From NCBI GenBank assembly GCA_031581485.1, contig JAVLBA010000004.1:3741-67740 (forward strand): a stretch of 64,000 nt of DNA, in the 5' to 3' direction. Under the pieces are notes generated by a model. The model had not been told where the DNA came from and did no database searches. It saw nothing but the letters and a program-made list of their open reading frames with translations. Shown here one piece after another: positions 45,653 to 55,607 of this stretch (positions are counted from its first letter, which is position 1; the number at the start of each line of letters is the position of its first letter). Source of the stretch: Desulfurivibrionaceae bacterium (GTDB lineage Bacteria; Desulfobacterota; Desulfobulbia; Desulfobulbales; SURF-16). The translations under genes and the position numbers were made by a program.

Positions 45653-46664
45653 CCTCCCCGCCGCCGCTTGCCGCCAGCTGGACCTTGCCTTCCTGTTCAA
45701 GACGCTTGGCAATTTTGATGATGGCCTGCTGGGCGGCCTCCACATCTTTGATGCGGGTGGGCCCCATAATTTCCATATCTTCTTTGAGCATTTCCACGGC
45801 CCGCTGGGACATATTGCTGAAAATCTTGTCTTGGAGTTCCTCAGAAGCGGTCTTCAGGGCCAGCTTGAGATCATCGGTGGAAACCTCCTTGAGAATGGCC
45901 ATGATGCCGCGATTATCGACGCCGAGCAGATCCTCAAACACGAACATGAGCCGCCTGATCTCTTCGGCCAGGGATTCGCGCTGCTCCTCAACCCCCTCCA
46001 GAATCTGGCCCTCCAGGGCCCTTTCGGCATTATTGAGAATCTCAGCAACTGTTTCCGCGCCGCCCAGACGCTGGCCCTCCATGCCTTCCACAGAAAGAAG
46101 CTCCTCCTGGAGAACGCGGTCTATTTCAACCAAGACATCAGGACTCACCTTGTCAAGCTCTGCCATGCGGATAATCACCTCCACCTGGATATCCTCCTTG
46201 AGTTCCGCAAGGATACTGGCCGCCTGGGTATGATCAAGAACCGCCAGCACCAGGGCAACGGTCTGGGGATGTTCATTGCGCAGAAAATTGACCAGGACCT
46301 TGGGATCCAGCTTCCGGGCCTTCTGGAAAAGGGTAAGGCGCCAGTCGGAGCGGATATCGTCGAGAATCTCCCCGGCCTTGTCGCCGGTAAGGGCCCGGCG
46401 CAGGGCCGATTCAAGCATATCGTCGCCGGAGAGAAAAATATCACCGCCGCCGGCATCTCCCCTGAACTCGGCAAGAAGGCCGGCCACATCCTCCTTGTCC
46501 ACCCGGTCAATCTTGGCCATCTGGCGGCCCACGGCGCGGATCTCCTCATGATCGAGGCGCTTGAACACCTCTGAGGTGTAATCCTCTCCCAGGGTGAGGA
46601 GAAAAATAGCCGCCTTTTCAGGGCCGGTGAGGGTATCGGTTGAAGCATCTTTGAGTTTTGCCAT
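45639..46664 (-). CDS. fliG: Flagellar motor switch protein FliG
   Basis: 341 aa (EKAAIFLLTLGED, MFVFEDL). Confidence 0.95.
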   Translation of the reverse strand: MAKLKDASTDTLTGPEKAAIFLLTLGEDYTSEVFKRLDHEEIRAVGRQMAKIDRVDKEDVAGLLAEFRGDAGGGDIFLSGDDMLESALRRALTGDKAGEILDDIRSDWRLTLFQKARKLDPKVLVNFLRNEHPQTVALVLAVLDHTQAASILAELKEDIQVEVIIRMAELDKVSPDVLVEIDRVLQEELLSVEGMEGQRLGGAETVAEILNNAERALEGQILEGVEEQRESLAEEIRRLMFVFEDLLGVDNRGIMAILKEVSTDDLKLALKTASEELQDKIFSNMSQRAVEMLKEDMEIMGPTRIKDVEAAQQAIIKIAKRLEQEGKVQLAASGGGEDEFV

Positions 46665-46670
46665 TTCTTT

Positions 46671-48257
46671 CTACTTCTCCGAGCGCAGCCAGCGGCGGAC
46701 CAGATCTGCAGCCCGGTCCGGATCAGACTGGGCAAGTTTATAGATACGTTCCTTATCGGTCATGCCGAGAGGGGTCAAAGAGAGGTCCTCAGGGTACTGG
46801 GCGCCGGCCAGCTCCTGTTCAGCCTGGTCCGCGGCCTGCTGCTCGGCTACGTGCTGATTTGCCATAAGGCGAAAGAAGGGGCGGACAATAAAGATAAAGA
46901 AGCAGATGGCCACCAGAAGAAGCACCACAGGGTAGGCCAGCTGATTTAAGAGCTGACGATATTCATCAAGGGCGTCGGGCTCGGGTTCCACATAGCTGGA
47001 GAGGTAAAAGGGCATGGAAACTACCTCCACCTGATCCCCCCTATCCGGATCATAGCCCATGGTATTCTGGGCCATTTTGAGAAAGGTGGCGATCTCCTCC
47101 TCGCTGCGGGCCTGGTATTCCTTGACCACCTCGCCATCCTTCTCGGTCTTCTTATATGTCCCATCCACCATAACCGCCACCGACAGTTTGCGCACCTGTC
47201 CCATGGCGGACTTGGTCCTGGTCACGGTCTTGCTGATCTCATAATTACGGGTGATATTCTCGCGGCTCAAGCCTGCTCCTTCGTCATCGGTCTGGCCGGC
47301 CTCCGTGTAGGTGGCCAACTGCCCCTTTACCCCGGGAATACCCTCCTGGACATCAAGGGAACCATCCCGCTGGACAACAAGATGTTCACTGCGCACCACC
47401 GGCTCCTCAGGATCAAAAATCTCTTCAGAGACATCCACCTGATCAAAATCAACATCAGCGCTCACCCGGGCGATAACCCTTTCAACCCCCACCACCCCTT
47501 CAAACATGGTTTCCAGTTTACTGCCCAGAATGCGCTCTATCTGGCGCTGATATTCAATCTGGGTGGCGGAAAGCAGGGATTTTGCATCGCCCTCCTGCCG
47601 GAAAAGGAGATGGCCGGCGGTGTCCACCAGGGTGATATTCGCCTCTTTGAGTCCTGGAATGGCGCTGCCCACCAGATTGACAATGGCCTTGATCTCATGG
47701 CCGGAAAGCTTGTCGCGACCGGCCAGGGAGACGCTGATGGAGGCCGAAGGAGGCAGGGTATCTTCGACAAAGACCGATTCCTTGGGCTGGGCCAGATGGA
47801 CCCGGGCCGACTTGATCTTGTCAAACTGGCGGATGGTGCGGGCCAGTTCCCCTTGCAGGGCCCGCTGATAATTTAATTTCTGAACAAAATCCGTGGTACC
47901 GAGGCTGATCTTGTCAAAAATTTCAAAGCCGACTCCCCCTCCCCTGGGCAGCCCCTCAGCAGCCAGACTGAGCCGGGTGTCGTACACCATATTCTGATCC
48001 ACGAGAATGGCTGTGCCGTTTTCCGCCAATTCATAAGGGATGCGCTGATCCTTGAGCTGGGCAACGATATCTGCCGCATCCGTGGTGGTGAGATTGGCGA
48101 AAAGCACCTTCATGGTCGGCTTGCCTCCCACCAATGTCAAACTCAAGAGGCCAAAGAGAACCATTGCCACCAGCAGCCCGGCAATGATCTTCTGCATGAG
48201 GGTGAGGCTTCTGAGGACATCAGAGCCCTGTTTAAAAATGTCTTTTGCGCTCGCCAT
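46671..48257 (-). CDS. fliF: Flagellar M-ring protein FliF
   Basis: 528 aa with two TM segments and a YscJ/FliF core. Confidence 0.95.
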   Translation of the reverse strand: MASAKDIFKQGSDVLRSLTLMQKIIAGLLVAMVLFGLLSLTLVGGKPTMKVLFANLTTTDAADIVAQLKDQRIPYELAENGTAILVDQNMVYDTRLSLAAEGLPRGGGVGFEIFDKISLGTTDFVQKLNYQRALQGELARTIRQFDKIKSARVHLAQPKESVFVEDTLPPSASISVSLAGRDKLSGHEIKAIVNLVGSAIPGLKEANITLVDTAGHLLFRQEGDAKSLLSATQIEYQRQIERILGSKLETMFEGVVGVERVIARVSADVDFDQVDVSEEIFDPEEPVVRSEHLVVQRDGSLDVQEGIPGVKGQLATYTEAGQTDDEGAGLSRENITRNYEISKTVTRTKSAMGQVRKLSVAVMVDGTYKKTEKDGEVVKEYQARSEEEIATFLKMAQNTMGYDPDRGDQVEVVSMPFYLSSYVEPEPDALDEYRQLLNQLAYPVVLLLVAICFFIFIVRPFFRLMANQHVAEQQAADQAEQELAGAQYPEDLSLTPLGMTDKERIYKLAQSDPDRAADLVRRWLRSEK

Positions 48258-48370
48258 AATTGTCAGTTGTTAGGGTAAGACAGCCTTGCCAGGGCAAAAC
48301 ATCTCTCTTTTTTTATAAAAAAATCACGCCAGACCGCTCCCCTAGAGAGTGTCGCCGCTTCAAGATTTTT

Positions 48371-48664
48371 TCACACCTGCATGCGCATAATATCCTGATA
48401 GGCGCTGATGACCTTCTGTTGGACCTTGGTCAGCATGCGAAAGGATACGGTGGATTTCTCCATGGCGATCATGGTCTCATGGATGTTGGAATGCTGACCG
48501 GTGACCAGTCCTTCTGTCATCTGGCCGGACTCCTGGATAGTGGCGTTGACACCTTCCAGGGATTTCTTGAGCACCTCGCCGAAACCGGTACCATCGCCGG
48601 GACTTCTGGCGCTCTTTTCAAGGGTGAGGGGCTGCTGGATCTGAGTCAGGGGTAATGTCTTCAT
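48371..48664 (-). CDS. fliE: Flagellar hook-basal body protein FliE
   Basis: 97 aa (C-terminal KVISAYQDIMRMQV). Confidence 0.85.
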   Translation of the reverse strand: MKTLPLTQIQQPLTLEKSARSPGDGTGFGEVLKKSLEGVNATIQESGQMTEGLVTGQHSNIHETMIAMEKSTVSFRMLTKVQQKVISAYQDIMRMQV

Positions 48665-48704
48665 GGTCCGGGTTCTTCCTTAAAAAAGATTGTCTTCCGC
48701 CCTG

Positions 48705-49136
48705 TCAGCGGCTGATGTCCAAGGCCTTCAAGGCCATACTCTTTATGGCGTCAATGGCGGTGACATTGGCTTCAAAGCCACGCTTGGCGCTGATCATGTC
48801 CACCATCTGCTCGGCAGTATCAACATTGGGGAAACGGACAATACCCTGGGCATCCGCATCAGGATGGGAGGGATCGTACACCTCCTTGAAAGGTTTGTCG
48901 TCCTCAACAACCGCCACCACTTCAACCGTTCGCAACCGGTCCTGGCTGGCGTTCAAGGTGTCATGAAACGTGTCCACCGGCCGGGAACCGAAGACCACGG
49001 ATTTTGCCCTGTAGGGTCCGCCCTCCATGGTCCGGGTGGTATTGGCATTGGCCAGATTCATGGCCGTCACATTGAGCCGGGCCCTTTCCGCCTTCAGGCC
49101 GGAGCCGCTGATCTTTAATGCCGTCAAGATGTCCAT
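48705..49136 (-). CDS. flgC: Flagellar basal-body rod protein FlgC
   Basis: 143 aa (SGSGLKAERARLNVTAMNLANANTT). Confidence 0.95.
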   Translation of the reverse strand: MDILTALKISGSGLKAERARLNVTAMNLANANTTRTMEGGPYRAKSVVFGSRPVDTFHDTLNASQDRLRTVEVVAVVEDDKPFKEVYDPSHPDADAQGIVRFPNVDTAEQMVDMISAKRGFEANVTAIDAIKSMALKALDISR

Positions 49137-49522
49137 TATTTGCCTCCTTCGTCAATGGCGTACTTCAACCCGTCAAATTTTTTAGCGATAATCTTGGCGG
49201 CAATCTCATACATGAGCTGGTTCTCAGAGAGCTTGAGCATTTCCTCATCAAGATCAACAGGTCTTTTTTCTTCGGAGAATTGATGCGTTATGCCGGCATC
49301 AACCGGATCAAGCGCCATATGACCGGCATGGGTGTTACTGAGAGAACCGCTGCCCTGCATGGCTGATTCCATGACCGTGGCAAAGGGAAAATCCTGCACG
49401 GTATAGCCCGGTGTTTCCAGGTTGGCAATGTTTGACTGGATGAGTCCCTGCTTTTCATAACGGAGATTCAAGGCCTGCTCCAGCACGGGGATATTGCCGC
49501 CAAACAGCTTATTTATGGGCAT
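49136..49522 (-). CDS. flgB: Flagellar basal-body rod protein FlgB
   Basis: 128 aa (RYEKQGLIQSNIANLETPGY). Confidence 0.9.
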   Translation of the reverse strand: MPINKLFGGNIPVLEQALNLRYEKQGLIQSNIANLETPGYTVQDFPFATVMESAMQGSGSLSNTHAGHMALDPVDAGITHQFSEEKRPVDLDEEMLKLSENQLMYEIAAKIIAKKFDGLKYAIDEGGK

Positions 49523-49617
49523 TTTTCTCTTCCTTTCGCGTCAGCGCCACCGGCTGTGGCATCTCTTTGGGGCATAATGTTCAGGTAAGGAACAAAAGGG
49601 GGTAGTGATGAATATCA

Positions 49618-49633
49618 AGCAAGGAGTGTGCCG
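49618..49633 (-). promoter_or_regulatory. Sigma-54 promoter match upstream of flgB
   Basis: The minus strand reads CGGCACACTCCTTGCT (GGCAC-N5-TTGCT), about 95 nt upstream of the flgB ATG. Confidence 0.6.
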
Positions 49634-49744
49634 TGAAAGATTCTTCTGCTGCTCTCTTAAGAGCAAAAAATGGCTCCACAGGAAGCAGCGGGAAAAAAGC
49701 GGCATGAAAGAAAGATAACTATTTAGAATTACATATAAAAAAAA

Positions 49745-51187
49745 TCAGGCCAAAATGCCCAGGGTCCGATACTCATGCAATTTATTCCGCAGGGTACGCA
49801 CGGAGATACCGAGCATCTTGGCCGCATGGGTCCGATTATTGTCAGTTTTTTGAAGGGCATGTAAGATCATTTGACGCTCTACATCCTTCAGCGGCACAAT
49901 AGCGCTCTCATCATGAGGGACGCCAGGAGTCGCCGGCGGCTCATCTCCTTCAAGGGGAGATTCCGGGACCTGCCACTGGGGAGGGGGTGCATCGGCCCCC
50001 GGGCCAGGAATCACATCATCCCACAGGTCTTCCAGCACATATTCCCGGCCCTGATTAAGGAGAACGGCGCGCTCCACCAGGTTTTCCATCTCCCTGACAT
50101 TACCGGGCCACTCATAGTCAAGAAAATAACGGCGCACCGGTTCGGAAAATCTTTTCAGATCCTTCTTGTACTGAGTGGTGTACTTTTCCAGGAAAAACTG
50201 GGCCAACAGAGGAATATCACCGGGGCGCTGCGCCAAGGAAGGCAGATGGAGGGGAATGACATTAAGGCGATAGAAGAGATCCTGACGAAAAGTCTTCTCC
50301 CGCACCATCTCAGCCAGGTCTCTATTGGTGGTGGCCACCACATGGACATCCACCTTCACCGGCAGATTGCCGCCGACCCGGTCCACCTCTTCCTCCTGCA
50401 GCACCCGCAGGAGCTTGGCCTGCAGATGAAGGGGCAATTCCCCTATTTCATCCAGGAGCAGGGTGCCGTTGCTGGCCAGCTCAAACTTGCCCTTCTTGGC
50501 AGTCACCGCCCCGGTAAAGGCCCCTTTTTCATGACCAAAGAGTTCACTCTCCAGCAGCCCCTCCGGCAGAGCGGCACAATTCAGGGCCACAAAGGGGCCA
50601 TGACAACGATCGCTTTCATTATGAATGTAGCGGGCAAAGACCTCCTTGCCCGTTCCCGAGGCGCCGAGGATAAGAACCGTGGCCTTGCTGGAAGCCACAC
50701 TCTTGGCCTTGATCATGACTTTTCGGAGATTCTCCGAGTTGCCCACAATGGGTTTATCCGCCCCCCCCTTCCGGCGCCGGGCTGCGGTTAAGGCACTGGT
50801 CACCGGGGTAAGACGCTGACGGCGCAGCACCATGCGGACCATCTCAAGAACGGCTTGCTGCTGAAAAGGTTTGAGGATGTAATCCTCGGCCCCCAGCCGC
50901 ATGGCCTCCACTGCTGTATCCACTGAGGCGTGGCCGGTGACCAGAATAACCGGCAGCTCAGGGATCTGGACCTTAAGTTTTTTCAAGAGATCCAGACCAG
51001 AGCCGTCCGCCATTTTCAAATCAGTCAGGACCAGGTCAGGCTGCTCGCCTGCCACCATTTCCAGGGCCATGGTGACGTTCTCAGCCGCCATCACCTGAAA
51101 CTGCCCGAGACTCAAGGTTTCAAACAGGCTGATGCGGACATCCTGATCATCATCAACGATGAGTATTTTATTGTTCAAAGTGGCCAT
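49745..51187 (-). CDS. Sigma-54-dependent response regulator (NtrC family; FlgR/FlrC-like by context)
   Basis: 480 aa. It has a receiver domain (ILIVDDDQDVR...LVLTDLKMADGSG), an AAA+ domain (GASGTGKE, canonical GAFTGA) and a Fis-type HTH (HAAKMLGISVRTLRNKL). Confidence 0.9.
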   Translation of the reverse strand: MATLNNKILIVDDDQDVRISLFETLSLGQFQVMAAENVTMALEMVAGEQPDLVLTDLKMADGSGLDLLKKLKVQIPELPVILVTGHASVDTAVEAMRLGAEDYILKPFQQQAVLEMVRMVLRRQRLTPVTSALTAARRRKGGADKPIVGNSENLRKVMIKAKSVASSKATVLILGASGTGKEVFARYIHNESDRCHGPFVALNCAALPEGLLESELFGHEKGAFTGAVTAKKGKFELASNGTLLLDEIGELPLHLQAKLLRVLQEEEVDRVGGNLPVKVDVHVVATTNRDLAEMVREKTFRQDLFYRLNVIPLHLPSLAQRPGDIPLLAQFFLEKYTTQYKKDLKRFSEPVRRYFLDYEWPGNVREMENLVERAVLLNQGREYVLEDLWDDVIPGPGADAPPPQWQVPESPLEGDEPPATPGVPHDESAIVPLKDVERQMILHALQKTDNNRTHAAKMLGISVRTLRNKLHEYRTLGILA

Positions 51188-51295
51188 AAGGTGCCGTGGT
51201 CAGAATTGCGTATTCAGCAGAGGGCAGAGGGAAATATCCATCCCCACTGGCCGCTGAGCCTCCCTCCTGCATCCTGAATCCTCTCTTTTTCATCT

Positions 51296-53386
51296 TTAAA
51301 ACATCCCCTCCACCTCAACCCGGATAGAGCGAATCTGCTCCCCATTGAGCCGGGTCCTGGCCAGTTGGGCCAGCCGGTCATCCTCACCGGCCAGGGCCAG
51401 ACGGTAATGGACAACGGCCTCCGGGTATCTCTGTTGGGCCGCCAGCAAATCGCCAAGATGAAGATGAATGGGCTGCAGTTCAGGGCTTGTGCCCGGCAGA
51501 CCATCTGCCAGCGCCCTTTTGGCGATGACGGTGGCTTCTTCTTTTTTCCCTGCCTTGGCAAGTTCCACTCCCAGCCGGCCATACCAGTACTGGATGCGTT
51601 GGGGGGGGAGCCACTCCTGGTCATGGAACAGGGCAATAAGATCTGCCACCGGCTCAAGATCCCGCAGAACAAAGAGCTGATCCAGGTAGGCGGCGGCATA
51701 GACCCCTTTTCTCTCCTGCTGCCCCCCTGACTCCACCGCCATCTTGTAAAAAGCCAAGGCATCCTCAGGACGCCCCTGCATCTCGCGCAGCCGGCCGCTT
51801 AACCAGTTGACCTCGGCAATGGCGGCTTGACCCTGGTAGATCTGGCGCAGATATTTCAAAAGCCTTTGCGCTGCCTGCAGGTCGTTATTGGCCAGATATA
51901 CCGCGGCACGCCGAAAGTAGAGTTTCACTTTCTGCTTATCACGTATCTCCAGGCCCAGGGCCCGATAATACAAAACCGAGGCCTGATCATAGAGGCTCTC
52001 CGCCTCATAGGCCGCACCGATGAGCATGAGGAGGTCCGCCTTCTTACAGGCAGTAATGGTGGGAAACTCTTTTTCGTAGAGAAAGCGGACTTCCTGATAT
52101 TTCTCAGCGTCGAGGAGCTTGCCGATCTTGGCAATCAGGATATCAGCAAGCTCCTGTTCCACCACCAGCTGCTTTTTGGCCCTGGTCTTATAGCGGAGAT
52201 AGGCAGTGCCGATATTATAGGCCAGGTCCCCTTCCTGCCGCTCAAGGTAGCGCTTGAACAAGGCGTAGCGCGCCTCCTGGGCCAGGGGATCACTATAGAG
52301 CCGATCAAGCACCTCCAGAAAAGGCTTGTCCCCCTTTTCCTTAAAAAAGGCGAGACGCTCTTTCTCGGACATCTTATCAAGATTGACAGCGCCATACTGG
52401 GCCAAACGGAAATTAGCCAAGACATAATATTTATCAGCAGGGCTGTTCTGACGCACCAGCCCTTCATAAAAAATCCGGGCCGCATCCACCATGCCCGCCT
52501 GCAGGAAACTTTCCGCCAGCTCAAAAAAGGCGGCGTCATCGACCTGGGCCGGTTCCGTGATATTAAGATAACGAAGGATATGATCACGGCCCTCTTTGAC
52601 ATTCCCCGCCCTGAGGGTGGCAATACCGATATATTTAAGTAACTCCGGATAACGCAGATAATAATCGGGATTGCGGCGATCTATCCCTTTTAAAATCCCC
52701 AGGGCGTCATGCCACTCCCCTTTGAAAAAATGGACATGGGCCTGGCCGATCTCGCCGCGGAGCCTGATCTCTTTATCCGTGCTCCCTTGAAGTCTGGCAA
52801 ATTCAGCGCTGGCCCGCTTGAATTTGTCCAGCCGCAGATAGACCTGGGCCCGCCTGAAAAAGACCTCATTCTCCAGATCGTGGCCAGGGTAGTCCTTGAG
52901 AAAAAGAGTGTAGTAATTGAGGGCCTCCCGATGAAACCCCAGCTGGAAATAGCTGTGCCCCACCTCGTAATAGGCCTCAGCCAACCGGGGTGAATCAGGG
53001 AAATCAACAATATAGGCCTGAAAAAGATCCTTTACCCTCCCCCAATCAGGAGCCAGGGCAAGGGGGGCGGTTCTCTTATAGAGACGGGCCGCCTGCCAGA
53101 GGGCCTGCTCTGCCCGCGGCGATCGGGGATAGGTCTGCCAGTAATATTTGAAATAGAGGGCAGCCTGTTCGTCATCCTCAGCCGCCAAGAAACCCTGGGC
53201 CTGGCCCCACAGCTTATCCTGGCTGACTACCTCCGCCGCCCGGGCAGGGCCGACCCAGAACAGAGGGTTTGCCGCTACAGAGAGAAGCGACAAAAAAATG
53301 ACCAGGGCAAGAAGAGGTTTGCCGATGGCGCAGCCTCCCCCGGCCCTGCAACACGTCCCTGGCCAAGAATCATCACCCATCCCCAT
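51296..53386 (-). CDS. Secreted TPR-repeat protein
   Basis: 696 aa with an N-terminal hydrophobic signal and many TPR-like repeats. The start lies 3 nt after the upstream EBP stop. Confidence 0.75.
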   Translation of the reverse strand: MGMGDDSWPGTCCRAGGGCAIGKPLLALVIFLSLLSVAANPLFWVGPARAAEVVSQDKLWGQAQGFLAAEDDEQAALYFKYYWQTYPRSPRAEQALWQAARLYKRTAPLALAPDWGRVKDLFQAYIVDFPDSPRLAEAYYEVGHSYFQLGFHREALNYYTLFLKDYPGHDLENEVFFRRAQVYLRLDKFKRASAEFARLQGSTDKEIRLRGEIGQAHVHFFKGEWHDALGILKGIDRRNPDYYLRYPELLKYIGIATLRAGNVKEGRDHILRYLNITEPAQVDDAAFFELAESFLQAGMVDAARIFYEGLVRQNSPADKYYVLANFRLAQYGAVNLDKMSEKERLAFFKEKGDKPFLEVLDRLYSDPLAQEARYALFKRYLERQEGDLAYNIGTAYLRYKTRAKKQLVVEQELADILIAKIGKLLDAEKYQEVRFLYEKEFPTITACKKADLLMLIGAAYEAESLYDQASVLYYRALGLEIRDKQKVKLYFRRAAVYLANNDLQAAQRLLKYLRQIYQGQAAIAEVNWLSGRLREMQGRPEDALAFYKMAVESGGQQERKGVYAAAYLDQLFVLRDLEPVADLIALFHDQEWLPPQRIQYWYGRLGVELAKAGKKEEATVIAKRALADGLPGTSPELQPIHLHLGDLLAAQQRYPEAVVHYRLALAGEDDRLAQLARTRLNGEQIRSIRVEVEGMF

Positions 53387-53389
53387 ACC

Positions 53390-54439
53390 TCAACGCACCG
53401 CCGGCTTGACCACACCGTGCCGTTTCATCTTTTCCAGCAGGGTTGTCCGATTTACCTTCAACAATATGGCCGCCCTGTTTTTTACCCAGCCGGTCTGCTG
53501 CAGCGCCCTGACAATCAATTTCCGTTCATAGCCTGCCACCACATCACTGAGGCAAAAATCATCTTCAGGAATCTCGGAGACAAGAGGGGAAACAGCCTGC
53601 CCCTGACCACTCAAGAGCTGGGGCGGCAGATCCTCCATGGTTATGATCTCGCCAGCCGCCAAGATAACCATGCGTTCAACCATGTTTTCCAGTTCACGGA
53701 CATTGCCGGGCCACTGGTATCGTTTCAGGCATTCCAGGACATCATCATCTATGCCGCGAATCACCCTTTTTTTCGAGGCACAGAAATGCTCCAGAAATTT
53801 CTCCACAAGAAGCGGAATATCGCTTTTCCGCGCCCGCAGGGGCGGGGATTCAATGGGGATCACGGTAATCCGGTAGAAAAGATCCTCCCGGAAATTTCCC
53901 AGCCGCACTTCTTCGGCAAGATCACGATTGGTGGCGGCAATGACTCGGAAATCAGAGCTGATTGTTTTGCTGCCCCCCACTCTTTCAAATTTTTTCTCCT
54001 GGAGAACACGCAGCAGCTTGACCTGCAAGACAGGGCTCATTTCAGCAATCTCATCAAGGAAAACCGTGCCCCCGTCCGCCATCTCAAAACGGCCGAGACG
54101 GGTGCGGATGGCATGGGTGAAGGCCCCTTTTTCATGGCCAAAAAGCTCAGACTCAAGGAGCTCTGCCGGGATGGCCCCGCAGTTCACCGGCACAAAGGGA
54201 TTCCCCCTCCGATCCCCGCCATGATGCAGGGCCTGGGCTATCAATTCTTTACCGGTTCCAGATTCCCCCTGGATCAAAACGGTGGAGTCGGTATCCCGCA
54301 CTTTTTCTATAAGGGAAAAAACCTTACAAATCGATGGGCTTTTACCAATGATATTGCTATAGAAGGGAATTGTTTTTGGTTTTGGAGAAGTTTTTTTCGC
54401 AGGGAGGGGCTCAGCTGCAACAAGAATAGTCATGATCAC
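53390..54439 (-). CDS. Sigma-54 enhancer-binding protein without an N-terminal sensor domain, with a GAFTHA loop variant
   Basis: 349 aa. The AAA+ domain begins near residue 28 (GESGTGKE; [17 protein letters not shown]). A C-terminal Fis-type HTH is present ([22 protein letters not shown]). Confidence 0.85.
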   Translation of the reverse strand: MIMTILVAAEPLPAKKTSPKPKTIPFYSNIIGKSPSICKVFSLIEKVRDTDSTVLIQGESGTGKELIAQALHHGGDRRGNPFVPVNCGAIPAELLESELFGHEKGAFTHAIRTRLGRFEMADGGTVFLDEIAEMSPVLQVKLLRVLQEKKFERVGGSKTISSDFRVIAATNRDLAEEVRLGNFREDLFYRITVIPIESPPLRARKSDIPLLVEKFLEHFCASKKRVIRGIDDDVLECLKRYQWPGNVRELENMVERMVILAAGEIITMEDLPPQLLSGQGQAVSPLVSEIPEDDFCLSDVVAGYERKLIVRALQQTGWVKNRAAILLKVNRTTLLEKMKRHGVVKPAVR

Positions 54440-54682
54440 CTAGCTTGGGGGGTGAAGAAGGTTTGAAAAATTGTCAAGGCTCCCCGCTGTAAGGAGGCAG
54501 AATGACAAGCAATCCTGCCGCAGGTGCTCCTGTTAATATCTCCGGACTACCTTAAGATATGAAAAAAAGACCATACGCCTCAGGCCTTGTCACGCAGAGA
54601 AACAGGGGCCTTAAAAAATGCCCTGGCCGGTGACCCGCAAAAAAAGATAGCTAACTCAATATTTTTCTTTTATTTCTAAAAC

Positions 54683-54714
54683 CTGATATATAGTACGGCT
54701 GATATATAGTACGG
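54683..54714. repeat. Perfect tandem duplication of a 16-mer in the divergent promoter region
   Basis: CTGATATATAGTACGG occurs twice, head to tail. Confidence 0.9.
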
Positions 54715-54874
54715 CATTGAGAGTGTCAATTTTTTTAACATCCCTTTCCGGTGCTTTCAGGGCATCAAGCGTCATAATTATGGCACTCTATTTTTTTTAC
54801 ATAATGTAATTTCCACTACTTAGAATCAGGAAACTTTTCTTTTGGCCGCCCCTCTTTTTCCTCTGACATCGTCT

Positions 54875-55594
54875 ATGAGCTCATCTGATACCGCCTCCAC
54901 CATTGACACGGCATTAATCGACATTGTTAAAGTCACCAAGACCTACCCCCCCGACATCATGCCCCTTGACGAGGTCTCTCTCACCGTGGGCCATGGGGAG
55001 ATGCTCTTTCTTACCGGGGCGAGCGGGGCCGGCAAGACAACCCTGCTGAAACTTCTCTGTTTTCTCGAAACACCCACCATGGGCCTGATTGAGATCGGCA
55101 AAAGGGATATCGGCAAACTCTCGGGCCATAAGCTCCAGCAAATGCGTCAACATATTGGCGTCGCCTACCAGGACTTCAGACTTCTCCCCAAACAGACGGT
55201 GTATCAAAATATCGCCCTGGCCATGGAGGTGCGCTATGAAAACCCCAAGCTCATCAGACAACGGGTCGTGGAGCTTCTGGCCGACCTCGGCCTGGCTGAC
55301 AAAATCCACACCCCCACTGCCAAACTCTCCAGGGGCGAGCAGCAACGCGTTTCCATTGCCAGGGCGTGCGCCAACAGGCCCCCCCTGATCCTGGCGGATG
55401 AACCCTCAGGCAATCTTGATCCAGCAGCCACCACTCTGGTCATGAACCTCTTTCATCGCCTCAATGAAGAAGGGTCAACCATTATCATTGCCACCCACGA
55501 CCAGACCCTGTACCAGAAATCGCCCCATCGCCTCCTCAACCTGGAGAACGGCAAACTGCAGGAAATCATCAAGGTCAATTTCGACCTCTCATAA
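54875..55594 (+). CDS. ftsE: Cell division ATP-binding protein FtsE
   Basis: I take the start at ATG 54875 (the track ORF begins at a TTG). Motifs [18 protein letters not shown] and ILADEP are present. Confidence 0.9.
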   Translation: MSSSDTASTIDTALIDIVKVTKTYPPDIMPLDEVSLTVGHGEMLFLTGASGAGKTTLLKLLCFLETPTMGLIEIGKRDIGKLSGHKLQQMRQHIGVAYQDFRLLPKQTVYQNIALAMEVRYENPKLIRQRVVELLADLGLADKIHTPTAKLSRGEQQRVSIARACANRPPLILADEPSGNLDPAATTLVMNLFHRLNEEGSTIIIATHDQTLYQKSPHRLLNLENGKLQEIIKVNFDLS

Positions 55595-55607
55595 CGAGAA
55601 AAACATC

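Noticed and set aside
54502-54555. A 17-codon micro-ORF (MTSNPAAGAPVNISGLP) with a perfect AAGGAGG SD, divergent from the activator gene
   Set aside because: It is too short to evaluate, and I could check no conservation or partner. It is worth a look only if ribosome profiling shows occupancy.
54781-54796. TGGCAC on the plus strand upstream of ftsE as a possible sigma-54 promoter
   Set aside because: The -12 position reads TTTT instead of TTGC, so the GC dinucleotide is missing.
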